From Octopus sinensis (lineage: Eukaryota), in assembly GCF_006345805.1 (NCBI RefSeq), contig NC_042999.1, positions 174,096,001 through 174,160,000 on the forward strand: DNA of 64,000 nt, given 5' to 3'. Below are positions 15,478-28,575 of this stretch, in pieces. The stretch's first letter is position 1. Every line of letters starts with the position of its first letter. Below the pieces are notes generated by a model. The model saw only the letters and a list, made by a program, of their open reading frames with translations, was not told the origin of the DNA and did no database searches. Position numbers and translations under genes: made by a program.

Positions 15478-15749
15478 AAGCTATATATATATATCCGTCA
15501 AATGTAAATAATATAAATAATGTACATAATTCCTCATCTCTTAAAATATAGAACTGTAACACACAAACATATATTACATCAAGTAAATGCAATTGAGGCA
15601 ATGGCTAAAGGGGGTCGATACGGAAGGAGAAGTGGCTAAAGGGGGTCGATGGTAGAAAAAGATTGGCGACCTCAGTTCTAATGTATAAAGAAGCTATTGT
15701 AGTTATTGATTTTCCTATATATCGTTATCAATTTGTAACGTATGAATTC

Positions 15750-16500
15750 GGAACTTGCATTCTTTCCCCATGAACATAAGTCCAACTATATGTTGTTCTA
15801 GGCGAGTTGGCACATATCTTATTCCTCAATTGATAACAGGTATGAAACTGAAAGTGTATCTTGGTTAGTGTATTTACAAATTCCTTCGTAATGGTCTATA
15901 AACTTGTTTTCTTTCTCCGGCATATTTCTGACTACAATGGTGTCCAGAGCGCAGCTGATTTCCACAGCGGAGCCGTTTTTGTTTTAACTTGGTAGCTGTT
16001 TGAATTAAGTTCCACCAGTATGTTATTTTGAATCACCAGTCTCAATACAATCAATTTCGTCTGTTGGTATTTCTTCTTCTTAGTTTGTTCCAGATTGTTC
16101 TGACCACCTCATGGGAAAATAATATATGGAAGACAATCTGTCAAAGTTGGCAAAGATGTGGCTAATGATGACAGTCTTAGTTTTTTCACAACTTACATTC
16201 GTCGCAAGGACGTCTTAGAGATCTTTTGTTATTAAACTGCATAGCGGTAGCCTTGAAAATGAGATGTCATAAACTTATCGGTACACCGTGCCAAGCTTTC
16301 GATATGATTTTTCTCTATGGTTTGCGTCTTTCGTACCAGGTACCCATGCACTACTTTTTATTATTCTTTTGTTCTTCTGATAATTGAATTTATCAATGCA
16401 CCTAGGTAGATGTCTGCATCACCTGTTATTTCATGCCTCTCCTCTAGTTCATTGACTATCCTAATTATGCTGTTGATTTCGTACTCAGTAACTACGGTAA
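15750..16500 (-). mobile_element. R4/Dong-like RLE LINE, C-terminal part (RT tail, CCHC knuckle region, restriction-like endonuclease)
   Basis: Minus-strand pieces TDKFMTSHFQGY, HEVVRTIWNKLRRR, VEISCALDTIVVRNMPEKENKF and PRYTFSFIPVIN-GIRYVPTRL fit R4/Dong C-terminal motifs. Confidence 0.65.
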
Positions 16501-17553
16501 CATAGACAGACGGACGGGTAGACAGGGTGTGTGTGAGTGTGTGTGTGTGTATGTGTGTGTGTTTGTGTGTGTGCATGTGTGCGTGTAAATGTGTGTAAGT
16601 ATAGGTAAACGTATGTAAGTACTTACACATATTTACACACACACACACAAACACATACATACATATATTTACACACACACACACACAAACACATACATGT
16701 ATTTACACTCACACACACAAACACATACATACATACACACAGTCTATCCATTGGTCTGTCTGTTATACGGTTGTATATACGTATGTATATATATATGTGT
16801 GCGTGTGTGTATGTATGAATGTACACATGGGTAGATGGGGTATTATATGTTTTTTTGGTTATTAGCTATGTCAGCATGAGGGAAAATGTATGTTAGTGTG
16901 TGAGGCAGAGGATACATACGAGTCTGTTATGCGTATATACATATGTATATACGCATCCGTTTGATATACACTGCGTAAACATCTACATATAGGTTATCAA
17001 ACATCATTTCTGACGATCTATACTTATAAATAATCTAGATGAAATCATGGTGACCATTTGTTGCTTTTTACGACTTAGCCTATACGCATTGTAGTTTCAT
17101 AGTAAGTAAAGTCTACTGTTTTATTTATCTATTATATTTCTCTTGGCAAAAATTACCATAGTTTATTGGTCCGAAATCTTATTAGATGTGTTATTTTATA
17201 GCCGATTTTCTTGTCGTTTAAGGTAATTGTTTGAAAAGGTAAGAAGAAAAAAGGAATCAACATAAAAGAAACCATATAAAACTAAATTCCTTGATGTTCA
17301 TGTATTATTCAAAATAAAACAGATGAGAATGAAGCCTTTCGTTGTTACTAAATTTGTCTAGTCCAAACCAGACTAAATATTACGTGTCTATTTTGTTCGC
17401 CAATAAACTTAAATAAATGAATACCAGTGTATTCATATATACATATGTGTGTGTGTGCGTGCGTGTGTGTGCGCGTATGTATATGTGTATCTGTGTGTAT
17501 ATATCGATAGAGGCGTATATATACATACACCCTCATGCACACACACGTACACT

Positions 17554-17613
<60 letters not shown>

Positions 17614-18454
17614 CATGCACACATGCATGTATGTATGTACGTATGTAAGCATCTCAGTATACGGTGTGTGTGAGAGAGAGAGAGAAAAGGAGGACTGAAT
17701 ACATATGATCACACTCATTAAGAACAATCTTAAATACACTTTCACAGATAGACCATTTCTTCTAATCAACCACTTTCAGTACTTTAGCTATGCAAATCGT
17801 ACATTTCCATAGCGCATTAATCGAAAGAATTGGCTTCCATTTTTAATAATGTAAGTGAAATAGTCAATGGTGTCTTTTTGGGGATCTTATTCAAACAGCA
17901 ATCAGAATCTATTTCCATCCTCTCTTGTCTTGTTCATTACGTAGAGTTCCATTTATTGAACACTTATAAAATATTCAGTCTACCGGAAATTGTGTAGAGG
18001 TGCCACCATTTCTAGCTGCCGGAGGACATGAATTTTGCAGAGCAAATCTGTTCCAAGAAGTTCTATTATTTCGAATAAATATACTCACAGTAGCTTAATG
18101 CGCTTCGTCAGTTATAGATAAATAGCGTGATACGGTTTACCTTGGTGAATGATAGAAAAATATAGAAAATCAACAAATGTTTCGTAAGCCGCTAAATCAC
18201 TCCAGTAATAAGTTCCGCTCATTATTGGATGAATTTTGTTCAAAAGAGGAATAACGGAACTCTCAGTGGAAAGATTTTCGAAGCCAACTCTCGATAATCA
18301 AAAAACAAAGATGGTTTTATATCCATGTTCATTATGTCACTTGACTTGTTATTTTAGACATGCCGAACATGAAAGTGGAGAACAAAAACATTTTTTGGTT
18401 CATTTTATAGTTTGTTGACTTTTTCTCGTGTGCCCCTATTTTATTTATAAATAT

Positions 18455-20130
18455 ATAGAGTGAGTTCTATTCGGCTATAATATTCTTTAGTGACTCGTGT
18501 TTTGTTACATGTGCCATTGGAAGATATATTTTCATCCACCCCTAGATATTTGTAACATCCCTCGTCATATACAGGCGAAACAGTCAAGTCATTGATGCAG
18601 ATGTTACTAGCCTGGTTTACACTTTTCCCCCTTTTCACAACCATATAACAAAATTTATCCTGACCAAACTCCAACCTTACATCCTTTGGGAGTGTTGTAA
18701 CTAGGTCAAGGCACTTTTTCATCTCATGCATATTCTTTGCATAAAGTTTTAAGTCATCCACAAAGAAACAGTGTGTAGTTTTGTTATTCCTGTTTCCTTG
18801 TGAACCAGTGAGATATCCTTCAGAATTCCTTAACATGAATAATAAGGGGTTTACAGAAAGTATAAATAACATCATAGACCAGCTGTCCCTTTGGACTATG
18901 CCTTTGCGATACTATATTCTATCAGTAATAATACAGTCACTCTTTGTGTTTGATTTTAAGATGGCGACCCACGATGAAGTCAAGTCAGCTATGGCTTTGA
19001 CTATTCCCACTCGAAAGTTTATTATTTATTATTGTTCTTCTCTCGGTCATTCTCTTCTGAGGTCGGAGTTTCTCACTGAGAACTTTTAGCTCCTGCTTGA
19101 GGGTAATCAGTTTGCAAGTGAGTGTCCTTTTTGCTTGTCTCCAAACATCATTTCTATCTCCTTCTTTACTTTCAGTTGGTGAGACGTATAGTAAATTGCT
19201 TGTTTGCATGCAATAGGCATCATCACATAGCTGATGGTCGTTCGTAAACTAGTTATTTTTTTCTCTGTCTTCAAAACCCATAATGGTAGTTTCTTTGTTG
19301 CTTCGGTTTTGTTCCCTTTTTGAATGTCATTCATGTACTGCTTGGCAGTAGTAGCCAGAGCATGCAGACAAGCTTTAATATGCCAGAATGTGGATTCATC
19401 ACACTGCTGTAAATACTCACCACCAATTTCCTTAACAGCTTTTAATACCTTGTCTGGTCACTTTTTACTTACTTTGGTAGAGAATATTCTCTCCTCGAGA
19501 GAGTACTTCAAAGCCAAAATTATTTTTCGTCAGAAAATTTCAGTAAGGGCACATTTCAGCAGTATATAATCCTAACAACAACTACTACTACAATAATCAT
19601 AGCAGTTGTGCCTGCTATTTACCATAGTCGTAGTAGGGAGACAGTGGTCAGTTACTTTAGCCAGTAATGTAGCTTGGTTGGCAGGCACTACGGAATCTGT
19701 TGGAATGTGGTGGTCTCACGTCATTCAAGTTTTCGTTTTTGTTTATAGAGTTAGGAATAAGGTTAATTTTCGATTTTTTAATAAAGTTACAGTTACTAAC
19801 CTTGTTCCTATATTCTACAAATGTTGCTCGTTGGCGTAGTAAAATGATTTAATTCTGGATGCAGATTTTTCTCAATATGATTTCAATCGATTCATATATA
19901 CAACAGCGGGGTTTGTTTCGCTTTTCTTGTGTCAATTAAATAGATCGATATTTCAATTCATAACTCCAAGAGAAATAAGTTTTATACTTACGGTTTCTTC
20001 TATAACTACATCTAGAAATAATTGCTTACTTGTTGAGCTGTTGTCTTCGTTTTCTTTCTGTTCCTCGGTTGTGTTGCTATTGATGTAGTGTCCAGCCATG
20101 TTTTTGTAGTGACTCTCTGCATGCTAAATT
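18455..20130 (-). mobile_element. R4/Dong-like RLE LINE, N-terminal region and RT fragment (internally deleted)
   Basis: ORF 18441-18875 THCFFVDDLKLYAKN..LEFGQDKF..YKYLGVDEN; KKLPLWVLKTEKKITSLRTTISYV (19107-19334); YMNRLKSY..HPELNHFT near 19850-19900. Confidence 0.8.
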
Positions 20131-20318
20131 CAAGTTTCAGTCGAAAATCACAACGATCGTGAATAAAAGGCTCCCTCAGTTAATTCATCTGAAGATTAAC
20201 CGGTTATTTAACAAGGCTGATATTTGTGGCTCCAAAGTATTCATCGTATTTTCGATAAATAGTCTCCTGCGCCAAATACGCAGCTTGTCGATTCGGGTTC
20301 GTCTGTATGTATGTATGC

Positions 20319-20401
<83 letters not shown>

Positions 20402-20475
20402 GTATGTATGTATGTATTTATGTCATTACATATGTATATTGTCACTATTCACAATAGGAGAAATTAATGTCAACA

Positions 20476-20476
20476 C

Positions 20477-20537
<61 letters not shown>
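20476..20537. repeat. (GATA)n microsatellite
   Basis: Direct inspection. Confidence 0.95.
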
Positions 20538-21245
20538 CAATAGTTAGAATTTTTTAGTGTTTCCAGTTTTAATATTCCTATCAAAATAACCCATGAAAGT
20601 AGCAGTAGATTCGCTGTGTTTCATAATGTTTAATATTTTGTATTAAACTATAATTCCTCTTTTGTTCAAAATGGCTTCAATTTTCCCTTGCGAGTTATCG
20701 TAAATGCAAAATTCTAATGAATTACTTAGCTTACATCCATGTATATATTTATCACTTACTTTATGATTTATTACATAACACTACTATTTTCTGACATATA
20801 CGACTACATAATACATGTAGGAATATTATGAAACTTTTATGTTATCCGATTTTTATGAAAGTTTCGATGTAGTTTCATTTTATTTTTATTTTTAATCTGA
20901 AATATATTTATATTTATGTGTGTGCACATGTGTGTGTATTTATCTGCGTGTGTGTTTGAATAAGTGCTTCTGTGGCTTTCTATGTGTGTAGAAAGAATGG
21001 TATTATCAAACATGCTGGTTTTTGTTTGAGATATGCTTCATGAAAAAAGAAAAACAAAATGAAATCGTTGCGTTTCTAAATATTTTATTTACTTCGTATT
21101 CCTGTAATGTCTTAACAGTTAATGTAAATTTGGGGTTTAACTTTTCTAAGTAAATGCGCTTGTTACTTTAGCAGTGTGAATATGCATGCGTGTACATTTA
21201 TATAAACATGCATACATAAACACACACACACATACACACACACAC

Positions 21246-21291
<46 letters not shown>

Positions 21292-21912
21292 TGCATACAT
21301 ATATATGTATATAGGTATACATATACATACAGACACAAACAAGCAAACACATACACACATATATATGCACGCGTGTGTATGTATGTGTGTGTATCTGCAA
21401 TGCAGATATTTTTTTATTTTTGTTTTTCATTCTTTTGTTTTTTCATATAAAATAACAATAATTTTATTTAATGTGATCTTCCGAATTCAAAATTCCTTGT
21501 CAAACAGAAATGGTTACTTGTAACAAATATGGAAACGTTTTGGATTATTATGGATGGAAAAAAACAGAAACCAAGGTAATAGTTCAATTCTTGGACTGGG
21601 TGAGGCGTTGTGTCTTTGAGCAGGACATTTTGTTTTACATTGTTTCAATCTACACTGCTACAGTGAGTACTAATCGGATGCGGGTGCAGACCTTTCTGTT
21701 TCTTCTAGCCGCCGTATCCTGGATGTTCCGCTGAGTCAAAAGTGGAAGGGGTCTCCAAAATACCATCTTTGTCTCCAAAGACAATTAACAAGAGCTTGGT
21801 ATATATTTCCAGAATACTATTCGTTATGCACTCGCGAATAAAAGACGGTTGTTCCTTACTATACGAGGTTAGGCTCAGGATGTCATATACTGTATTTTTT
21901 TATGTAGACATA

Positions 21913-22130
21913 GGAGTGGGGGCTGAAAAGTTCCTGGCTTTAAGGGTATCGCGAAAGGCCTTTTTAGAGACCCAATCATCCGAGTTCTTTTACAGGGCTT
22001 AGAAAAACTGAAGGACCACTGCAATAAGTGTGTGAATCTGAGAGGGGAATATGTTGAATAAAATCATAATTAAGTGATCCTCCCGTATTTTCTTTTATCC
22101 AAAGCCAAAATCTCTTCAACACCCCATCGT
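21913..22130 (+). mobile_element. Internally deleted mariner (MITE-like)
   Basis: Imperfect TIRs ggagtgggggctgaaaagttcctggcttt / aaagccaaaatctcttcaacaccccatcgt; the interior encodes the mariner C-terminus FLQGLEKLKDHCNKCVNLRGEYVE*. Confidence 0.8.
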
Positions 22131-22306
22131 TTTTGCTAAGGATTTTGAACGAATGTTGCGTTTTTTTCTTCCTTTTTATCCATTATAAACTCAGATGATG
22201 GTTTAATTCATAGTAGATGTTCGCAGTAAGTAGTAACACTGAACTCGGAACTCCTTTGTGGTGGTAATCGATGAAATTTACTTCAGTATGTCAGAAAGAT
22301 AAAATA

Positions 22307-22540
22307 AGGCGGCGAGCTGGCAGAAACGTTAGCACGCCGGGCGAAATGCGTAACCATATTTCGTCTACCGTTACGTTCTGAGTTCAAATTCCGCTGAGGT
22401 CGACTTTGCCTTTCATCCTTTCGGGGTCGATAAATTAAGTGCTAGTTACGCACTGGGGTCGATATAATCGACTTAATCCGTTTGTCTGTCCTTGTTTGTC
22501 CCCTCTGTGTTTAGCCCCTTGTCGGTAGTAAAGAAATAGA
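22307..22540 (+). mobile_element. tRNA-derived octopus-type SINE (family 2)
   Basis: aggcggcgagctggcagaaacgttagcacgccgggcgaaatgcg...ttctgagttcaaattccgc (A/B-box-like head); near-identical core at 51421-51604; possible TSD agaaagat(a/g)aaa. Confidence 0.9.
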
Positions 22541-22945
22541 AAGATGAAAGACGTTGTAACTTTAGGAAGAATTACAGAAAATGATGAGTTTTGTTGTTGT
22601 CGTTGTTGTTGTTAGTGTTTGTACTCTTATTCCACTAGATTAAAATTTGATGTTCATCTCAATATGGTCCACAAATTAAGTTCCAGTAATGCATTCAGTT
22701 CAGTAAGTTTTCCAGCAACAAAAGCTCTCATTCGTTTCTATAACTGAAAAATGTCTTACGCGTAACGAAATCAGTGAAGGCTTCTTTTTGTCTCAACATA
22801 TTTTAAAAGAAGGAAGACTAGGATTTTGTGACGTTCTTATCTTTCCTGATTGAATAAGTAGGGCAAGAGTAGCTTAATTCATTTCAACGATAAACTGAAA
22901 CCATATCACAGCCTTGCTGTGCTGGTAACAACTCAACCATTCGAT

Positions 22946-25425
22946 CCTTGACGGACCCAAATGGTCGATTAGTAAACGAACCCGAGGAAATGTGCAAGGT
23001 GTTTCACGATCATTTCGCCCAGCTATTCGGGAGGAGCGGCGGACTGGAGCGCGGGGAGAAGCTCGCAGAATTCCTAGCCGGTTCGCCGCGTCTATCGAGG
23101 CTGGACGCGGAATCTTGTGAGGCGCCGATCACATCCGAAGAAGTCGAGGATATGTTGGCAGACTGCGGCGGGGACAAATCGCCGGGACTCGATGGTCTGC
23201 CTTACGAACTCTATAGTAGCATGCCAGACTTGTTTGGGCACCTACTTGCATGCGTGTACACCAACTGGCAGCAGAACGGGAGAATTCCTAAGTCTGTGAG
23301 CCGAGGGGTGGTAGCGCTGTTAAGAAAGGACCCAAACAAGGGGGATTTAATTGGTAATTTTCGGCCCATCACTCTGCTTAACGCAGAGTTGAAGATTTTG
23401 GCCAAGGTCTTGGCAAAAAGGTTGGCGCGGGTCGTGGGTGAACTTGTTGGCGAGGCGCAAACTTGCGCCATCCCTGGAAGGACCATCCACGACAATCTCC
23501 ACTTTCTACGCTATGCCTTAGAAAGGGTAAATAGGATTCCTGGCAAGGGTGGGGCTATGGTCCACTTGGACCAATCGAAAGCGTTTGATAGGGTGGACCA
23601 TCAGTATCTGGCGGCAGTCCTCGCGGCGGCTGGCTTCGGCCCGACCTTCCGCGGATGGATCAACGCTTTATACAGCAACATCGAATCGGTAGCTCAGGTA
23701 AACGGTTTCTTTTCGAAGCCGTTCAGCATTGAACGTTCGGTACCTCAAGGGTGTCCTCTCTCTCTGCTTCTCTACGTTTTGGCCCTCGAGCCGTTGCTGA
23801 GGAGGTTGGAAACTATGAGATGCACTCCGCAAGATCTAGGATGCGGAAAGTCAGCGTCGGCGTATGCGGACGACATCACCGTCATCGTTTCCCGAGTCGA
23901 GCACCTACAGTGGGTGGGTGAGGCCTTAAGGGACTATGACGCGGTGACAGGAGCGAAAGTCAACCGGAATAAATCGGTCGGCTTGCAACTCGGCACCTGG
24001 AGGGGCAAGTCGATGTCTTCCGACAGCGTCGTAGGACGTTGGACGGAAGAACCGGTAAAAATGCTTGGAATCTGGTTAGGTCCAGATCTCCAGATAGAGA
24101 AGAACTGGAGCGAGGTGGCGAGAAAGGTGGCTCTCCTAACTTAGACATGGTCTGAGCGGAAGCTGTCCTTGAAAGGGAGGGCGGTGGTTGCAGAGGTGTT
24201 TATCGCCTCTGTAATCATTTACCGCCTGACCGTCGTGCCTTGCCCCGATTCGTGGCTGAACAAACTGGAACGCATGCTCTTTCGCTTTTTGTAGAGGAGC
24301 AGCAGACCTCTTGTAAGACGCTCTATTTGCTGCCAAAAGCCGCTGAAGGGTGGGTTAGGGATGCCGTGACTAAAAATGCGCAGACATGCGCTCAGGCTTA
24401 GGCACCTCTGGCTTTACTTGGACGGTGAGCAGGTGTGGTCTCCGTTCGTCAAGCTGTTATTTCCACAGTTCACATCGTTTAACGAACTGAACCCATGGAT
24501 CAAGTGTAGACCGAAGTTGGGCATGTGGCATGCAGAGTGCCAACAGGCACTCGTGCTTCTCTCCCAGTCGGGCAACGCCGGTGGCGAGGGTACTACCTCG
24601 TTCTTCTATAGAGGGTTAGTAGAGTTTAAGTGTGACGACGTCCTGGGAGAAACCCTGGGCTTCGAAAAAAATCAACTGGCCAGCCTGTTCCAAAGAACAT
24701 TCGGTCCGGGGCCTATGGATAATTACCAAAAGTCCCTGTCCTGGCAATGTTACAGAGGAGCTTTACCGGTTCGAGATAAGTTCTTTAGACATAGGTGTGA
24801 ACCTACACCGGTTTGTGCAAGATGTGAGAGGGACAGTGAAACTGTCCTGCACGCGATTGTGCAATGCCCCAAGGTGACTGAACTCTGGGTTTATGTCGAA
24901 CACCTGCTGTCGCAAGAGTACAACTGTCGAGCGAATCTGTAATTAAGATAGTTCCGCCGACCTCCCTGAATAGGGAGGAACGAGCCTGTTTTCTCTCGGT
25001 AGTTGCTATGGCGAAAGAAGTAGTGTGGAAGACGAGAGTAAAAGGAATTGCAACAGGCATGTTTATCTCCAGTCTCGAGCTAATCGACATTTTCGTTTTC
25101 CACATGAAACGGAAAATAAGGCTGGAGAAGAAATGCCTGTCGCAAAGTGTGTTTCGTAAAAGATGGGAGTCTATAGCAAGTACGTTGCGAGTGAAAGAAC
25201 CTGTTTAATCGAGAATGCGAAAAAGGAGAAAGCAAAGTCTTCAGTGTGAGTATGTGGTTTGTGGGGTCAACGGCGTCCTCCGCTTCCCTTTTTGTTATTC
25301 ACCCATTCTCATTTAATTGTATATATTTCAATTGTTTGTTTATTCATACGTTTCGTCTCATTCGATACCCTGACCCCAACGTTTGTTTTGTCCCCTCTTT
25401 TTCTCAACCTTATGGTGAATAAAGA

Positions 25426-25428
<3 letters not shown>
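22946..25428 (+). mobile_element. 5'-truncated L1/Tx1-clade LINE with 3' UTR, followed by (TC)n
   Basis: RT ORF 22948-24144, C-terminal CARCERDSETVLHAIVQCP zinc-binding motif, in-frame stops (24142, 24292, 24367) and a frameshift near 24900. Confidence 0.95.
22948..24144 (+). pseudogene. Reverse transcriptase domain of Tx1-like ORF2 (truncated)
   Basis: KSPGLDGLPYELY, NFRPITLLNAELKILAK, LDQSKAFDRVDH, SVPQGCPLSLLLY, AYADDITV, KMLGIW. Confidence 0.95.
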
Positions 25429-25471
<43 letters not shown>

Positions 25472-26118
25472 TTCTCTCCACTAATTAATTAACCAAACAC
25501 TTTTGTACTTAATATTCAAATCCTACTTGATATCTATAAATTACATTAAGCTACTGATGTTAATTCAGTTGATTAAACCCGCTGTTTCTGCATAAATCGT
25601 TATTGTACTTAATATTGGGATAAGCATGAACTTCACAACTCGCCATTTTGTTCTCTTTAAACTCGGACACGTAGTTAAATAGAAGCAGAAAAACAGTTTC
25701 TCTCATAAAAATATAACTTTCTTACTGTTATATCCGATGAAACAAGTAGAAAAAAAATGAAAGAAACGACAACATAAAACAAATAATACAAAATACAAAA
25801 GAAAATAGCATAACAAACTAAAAAAAATGTTGAAGCGGTTAAAAAATGGCAAATTGAAGTCTGACACTAAAGGCTATCAGGTCTGCCAGGTTCCTGCAGC
25901 TAATGTTGTCTGACTGAAGTACATTAACAAATCATCAGTTGGTATTACAAAAAAAAAGTAGCTGAATTTATTTCGTTTGTTCAGAGGAAAAAAAAGAATT
26001 TATTTTTTTCTTTCACTGTTCTATAAAACTTACATACGCACATACATACGCGCATATATACATATACAGATACATACATGCATACACACATGCATACACA
26101 CATACATACATACATACA

Positions 26119-26152
<34 letters not shown>

Positions 26153-26199
26153 CATACATACATACATACATACATACATACACACATACATATATTTCC

Positions 26200-26480
26200 A
26201 CGAGGTATTATCAAAAAATAGTTCCGGGATTGCGTGTGTTGGTTGTTCAACAGGAATGTGTACGCAGCTGCTGATCATTTGCAACCACCAGCAAATACAT
26301 TTCATGGTATCTACTCGCGTTCACATATTACTGGAAGCTTTTTAACGTATTAAAACGCCCTACGGTCTTTTCAAATAATTGACAAATTCTAGCCAATATC
26401 TGACTTAAATTTTGCATCAAGCTCGACACATCCGCAACCGTGACCTTCGAAATATTTTATCAGAGCCTTGGTCATCTTGT
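26200..26480 (+). mobile_element. Mariner 5' fragment (TIR plus start of the HTH region)
   Basis: acgaggtattatcaaaaaatagttcc TIR-like start; KFCIKLDTSATVTFEI resembles mariner KFCVKLGKSATETFEM. Confidence 0.6.
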
Positions 26481-26574
26481 TATTGTTGAATGCAGGTTTT
26501 TCAGTGATAGGACCACTTTAAAGATAGGTGGAGTGTCGATTCAGAGGAGTGATAAACATTTAGAGTGACAATAA

Positions 26575-26992
26575 GCGTAGGAGTGGCTGTGTGGTAAGTA
26601 GCTTGCTTACCAACCACTTAGTTCCGGGTTCAGTCCCACGGCGTGGCACACTGGGTAAGTGTTTTCTACTTTAGCCTCGGGCCGACCAAAGTCTTGTGAG
26701 TAGATTTGGTAGACGGAAACTGAAAGAAGCCTATCGTATATATGTGTATGTATATATATATATATGTGTATGTATGTTTGTGTGTCTATGTTTGTCCCTC
26801 CAACATCGCTTAACAACCGATGGTAGTGTGTTTACGTCCCCGTAACTTAGCGGTTCGGCAAAAAAGACCGATAGAATAAGTACTAGGCTTACAAAGAATA
26901 AGTCCTGGGGTCGATTTGCTCGACTAAAGGCGGTGCTCCAGCATGGCCGCAATCAAATGACTGAAACAAGTAAAAGAGTAAAAGAGTAAAAG
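26575..26992 (+). mobile_element. tRNA-derived octopus-type SINE (family 1), full length
   Basis: gagtggctgtgtggtaagtagcttgcttaccaaccac..ttccgggttcagtccca head, internal microsatellite, tail ggcggtgctccagcatggccgcaatcaaatgactgaaacaagtaaaagagtaaaagag. Confidence 0.9.
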
Positions 26993-27454
26993 CGAGTAGG
27001 GGTGAACATTAGATGAGGATTCCTAAGACTATAATAGTAGCACCCCTACCTCACACAAAACCATTCATTCAGTTTGCTGATTCTTTCAGTCTTACTTCGA
27101 AATGGCAGAGGAGAAAGACCCTAATCAAACTGCACCGGTTGCATATCCAATAGTCAGTAGTCACAGCAGTTGAAACACGTGTAGGTCCCAAAAAGATGCT
27201 GTAGATAACATTTAAATAAAATTATGAATGTGAAAAATCACCGTTCACTTTATTATTATTACTATTACTTACTCAACTGAATATATGCAGTCCTGAACAG
27301 GAAACTCGGATTTGCCCAGTAAGAAAAGTTACCAGAGCCTAACAACTTATTGTTAGTTAGAGTACCACATACAGACCGTTGTGGTTAGCCGGCATCTGAA
27401 ATCGACTTGAGACGAAACACAGTTATCACCAGAATAATATATCTCTTTAAACTC

Positions 27455-27530
<76 letters not shown>

Positions 27531-27674
27531 TTTGGGTATGGTAGATGAGTTCAACAAAATTTTAGGTTCAGATGGTACTTAAGTTGAGGCACCAGAATTT
27601 AGTACGGTATTATCCATAAAATTTCAAAGTAAGGTGATTAAAATCAAAATAAGCAACAAGGATATCCAGAGGTA

Positions 27675-27763
27675 ATGCTGTACGATCGTTTCATGCAACT
27701 CCATTTAATTGAACAATGCAATCATTACATCAATTTAAAATGCAAAGCAATCTTCAGCTGCAC
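27675..27763 (-). ncRNA. Hammerhead-like motif, left arm
   Basis: gtgcag CTGAAGA [58-nt helix II region] GAAAC GATC GTA cagcat on the minus strand. Confidence 0.6.
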
Positions 27764-28400
27764 AAAGACATAGAGTTTAATTCAATTAGGACAGCTGGAC
27801 AGCTTAGTATAATTATACTTAAAATCTCCAAGAAGTTAAGGATATAGACAAAGAACATGCCGTCTCACTCCAGTTTAGAAGTTACTGAATTTTCCAAGAA
27901 AATATACATTGTTACAGACTCTACCTGTCACTGATTTTTTGTTTTTATGGGGTCAGTTTTAATTGATAGACTAGTTTATCAAATCCCTTGTATATCTAAG
28001 GCTGAGAGAACAGAGTGCAGTGTCTGTTAGTGGTAGGGCTGAGGGAGCAGACAGACATCATAGTGGGTATAGTCATAAAAATTCAGATATATTAGAAACA
28101 ATATCATGCGGTTTGGTAAAGGAAAACTTAAAAAAAGATGTTAGCTGACAATTAAGGGGATCACCCACTTGCAGACCATTGATAATGAAACAGGGGAAGT
28201 TTTATCATATAATACTATAGTTAAAAAAAAATCAGTGACAGTGGGAGTCTGTAACAATGTATATCTTCTTGGAAAATTCAGTAACTTCTAAACTGGAGCG
28301 AGACAGCATGTTCTTTGTCTATCTCTTTAACTTCTTGGAGATTTTAGTTATAATTATATTAATGTGTCCATCTGTTCTAATTTAATTAAATTCTGTCTTT

Positions 28401-28489
28401 GTGCAGCTGAAGATTGCTCTGCATTTTAAATTGATGTAATGATTGCATTGTTCAATTAAATGGAGTTGCATGAAACGATCGTACAGCAT
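28401..28489 (+). ncRNA. Hammerhead-like motif, right arm
   Basis: gtgcag CTGAAGA (28407-13)...GAAAC (28472-76) GATC GTA (28481-83) cagcat; palindrome ACGATCGT; U-U at the base of helix II. Confidence 0.6.
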
Positions 28490-28525
28490 TACCTCTGAAT
28501 ATCCTTGTTGCTTATTTTGATTATT

Positions 28526-28575
<50 letters not shown>

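Larger units (their letters stand above)
27531..28522. mobile_element. Fold-back element in (TA)n: inverted arms 27642-27940 / 28225-28522, probable inverted PLE terminal repeats
   Basis: Arms of about 298 bp are reverse-complementary; (TA)n on both flanks; each arm carries an HHR-like motif. Confidence 0.85.

Noticed and set aside
19990-20100. Minus-strand ATG-initiated segment MAGHYINSNTTEEQKENED.. with a GTAAGT donor
   Set aside because: Contiguous with the R4/Dong-like N-terminal region; better explained as the element's ORF start.
27394-27428. CTGAAATC..GAC-GAAAC-ACA-GTT
   Set aside because: The core lacks G8-A9 and helices I and II are not paired.
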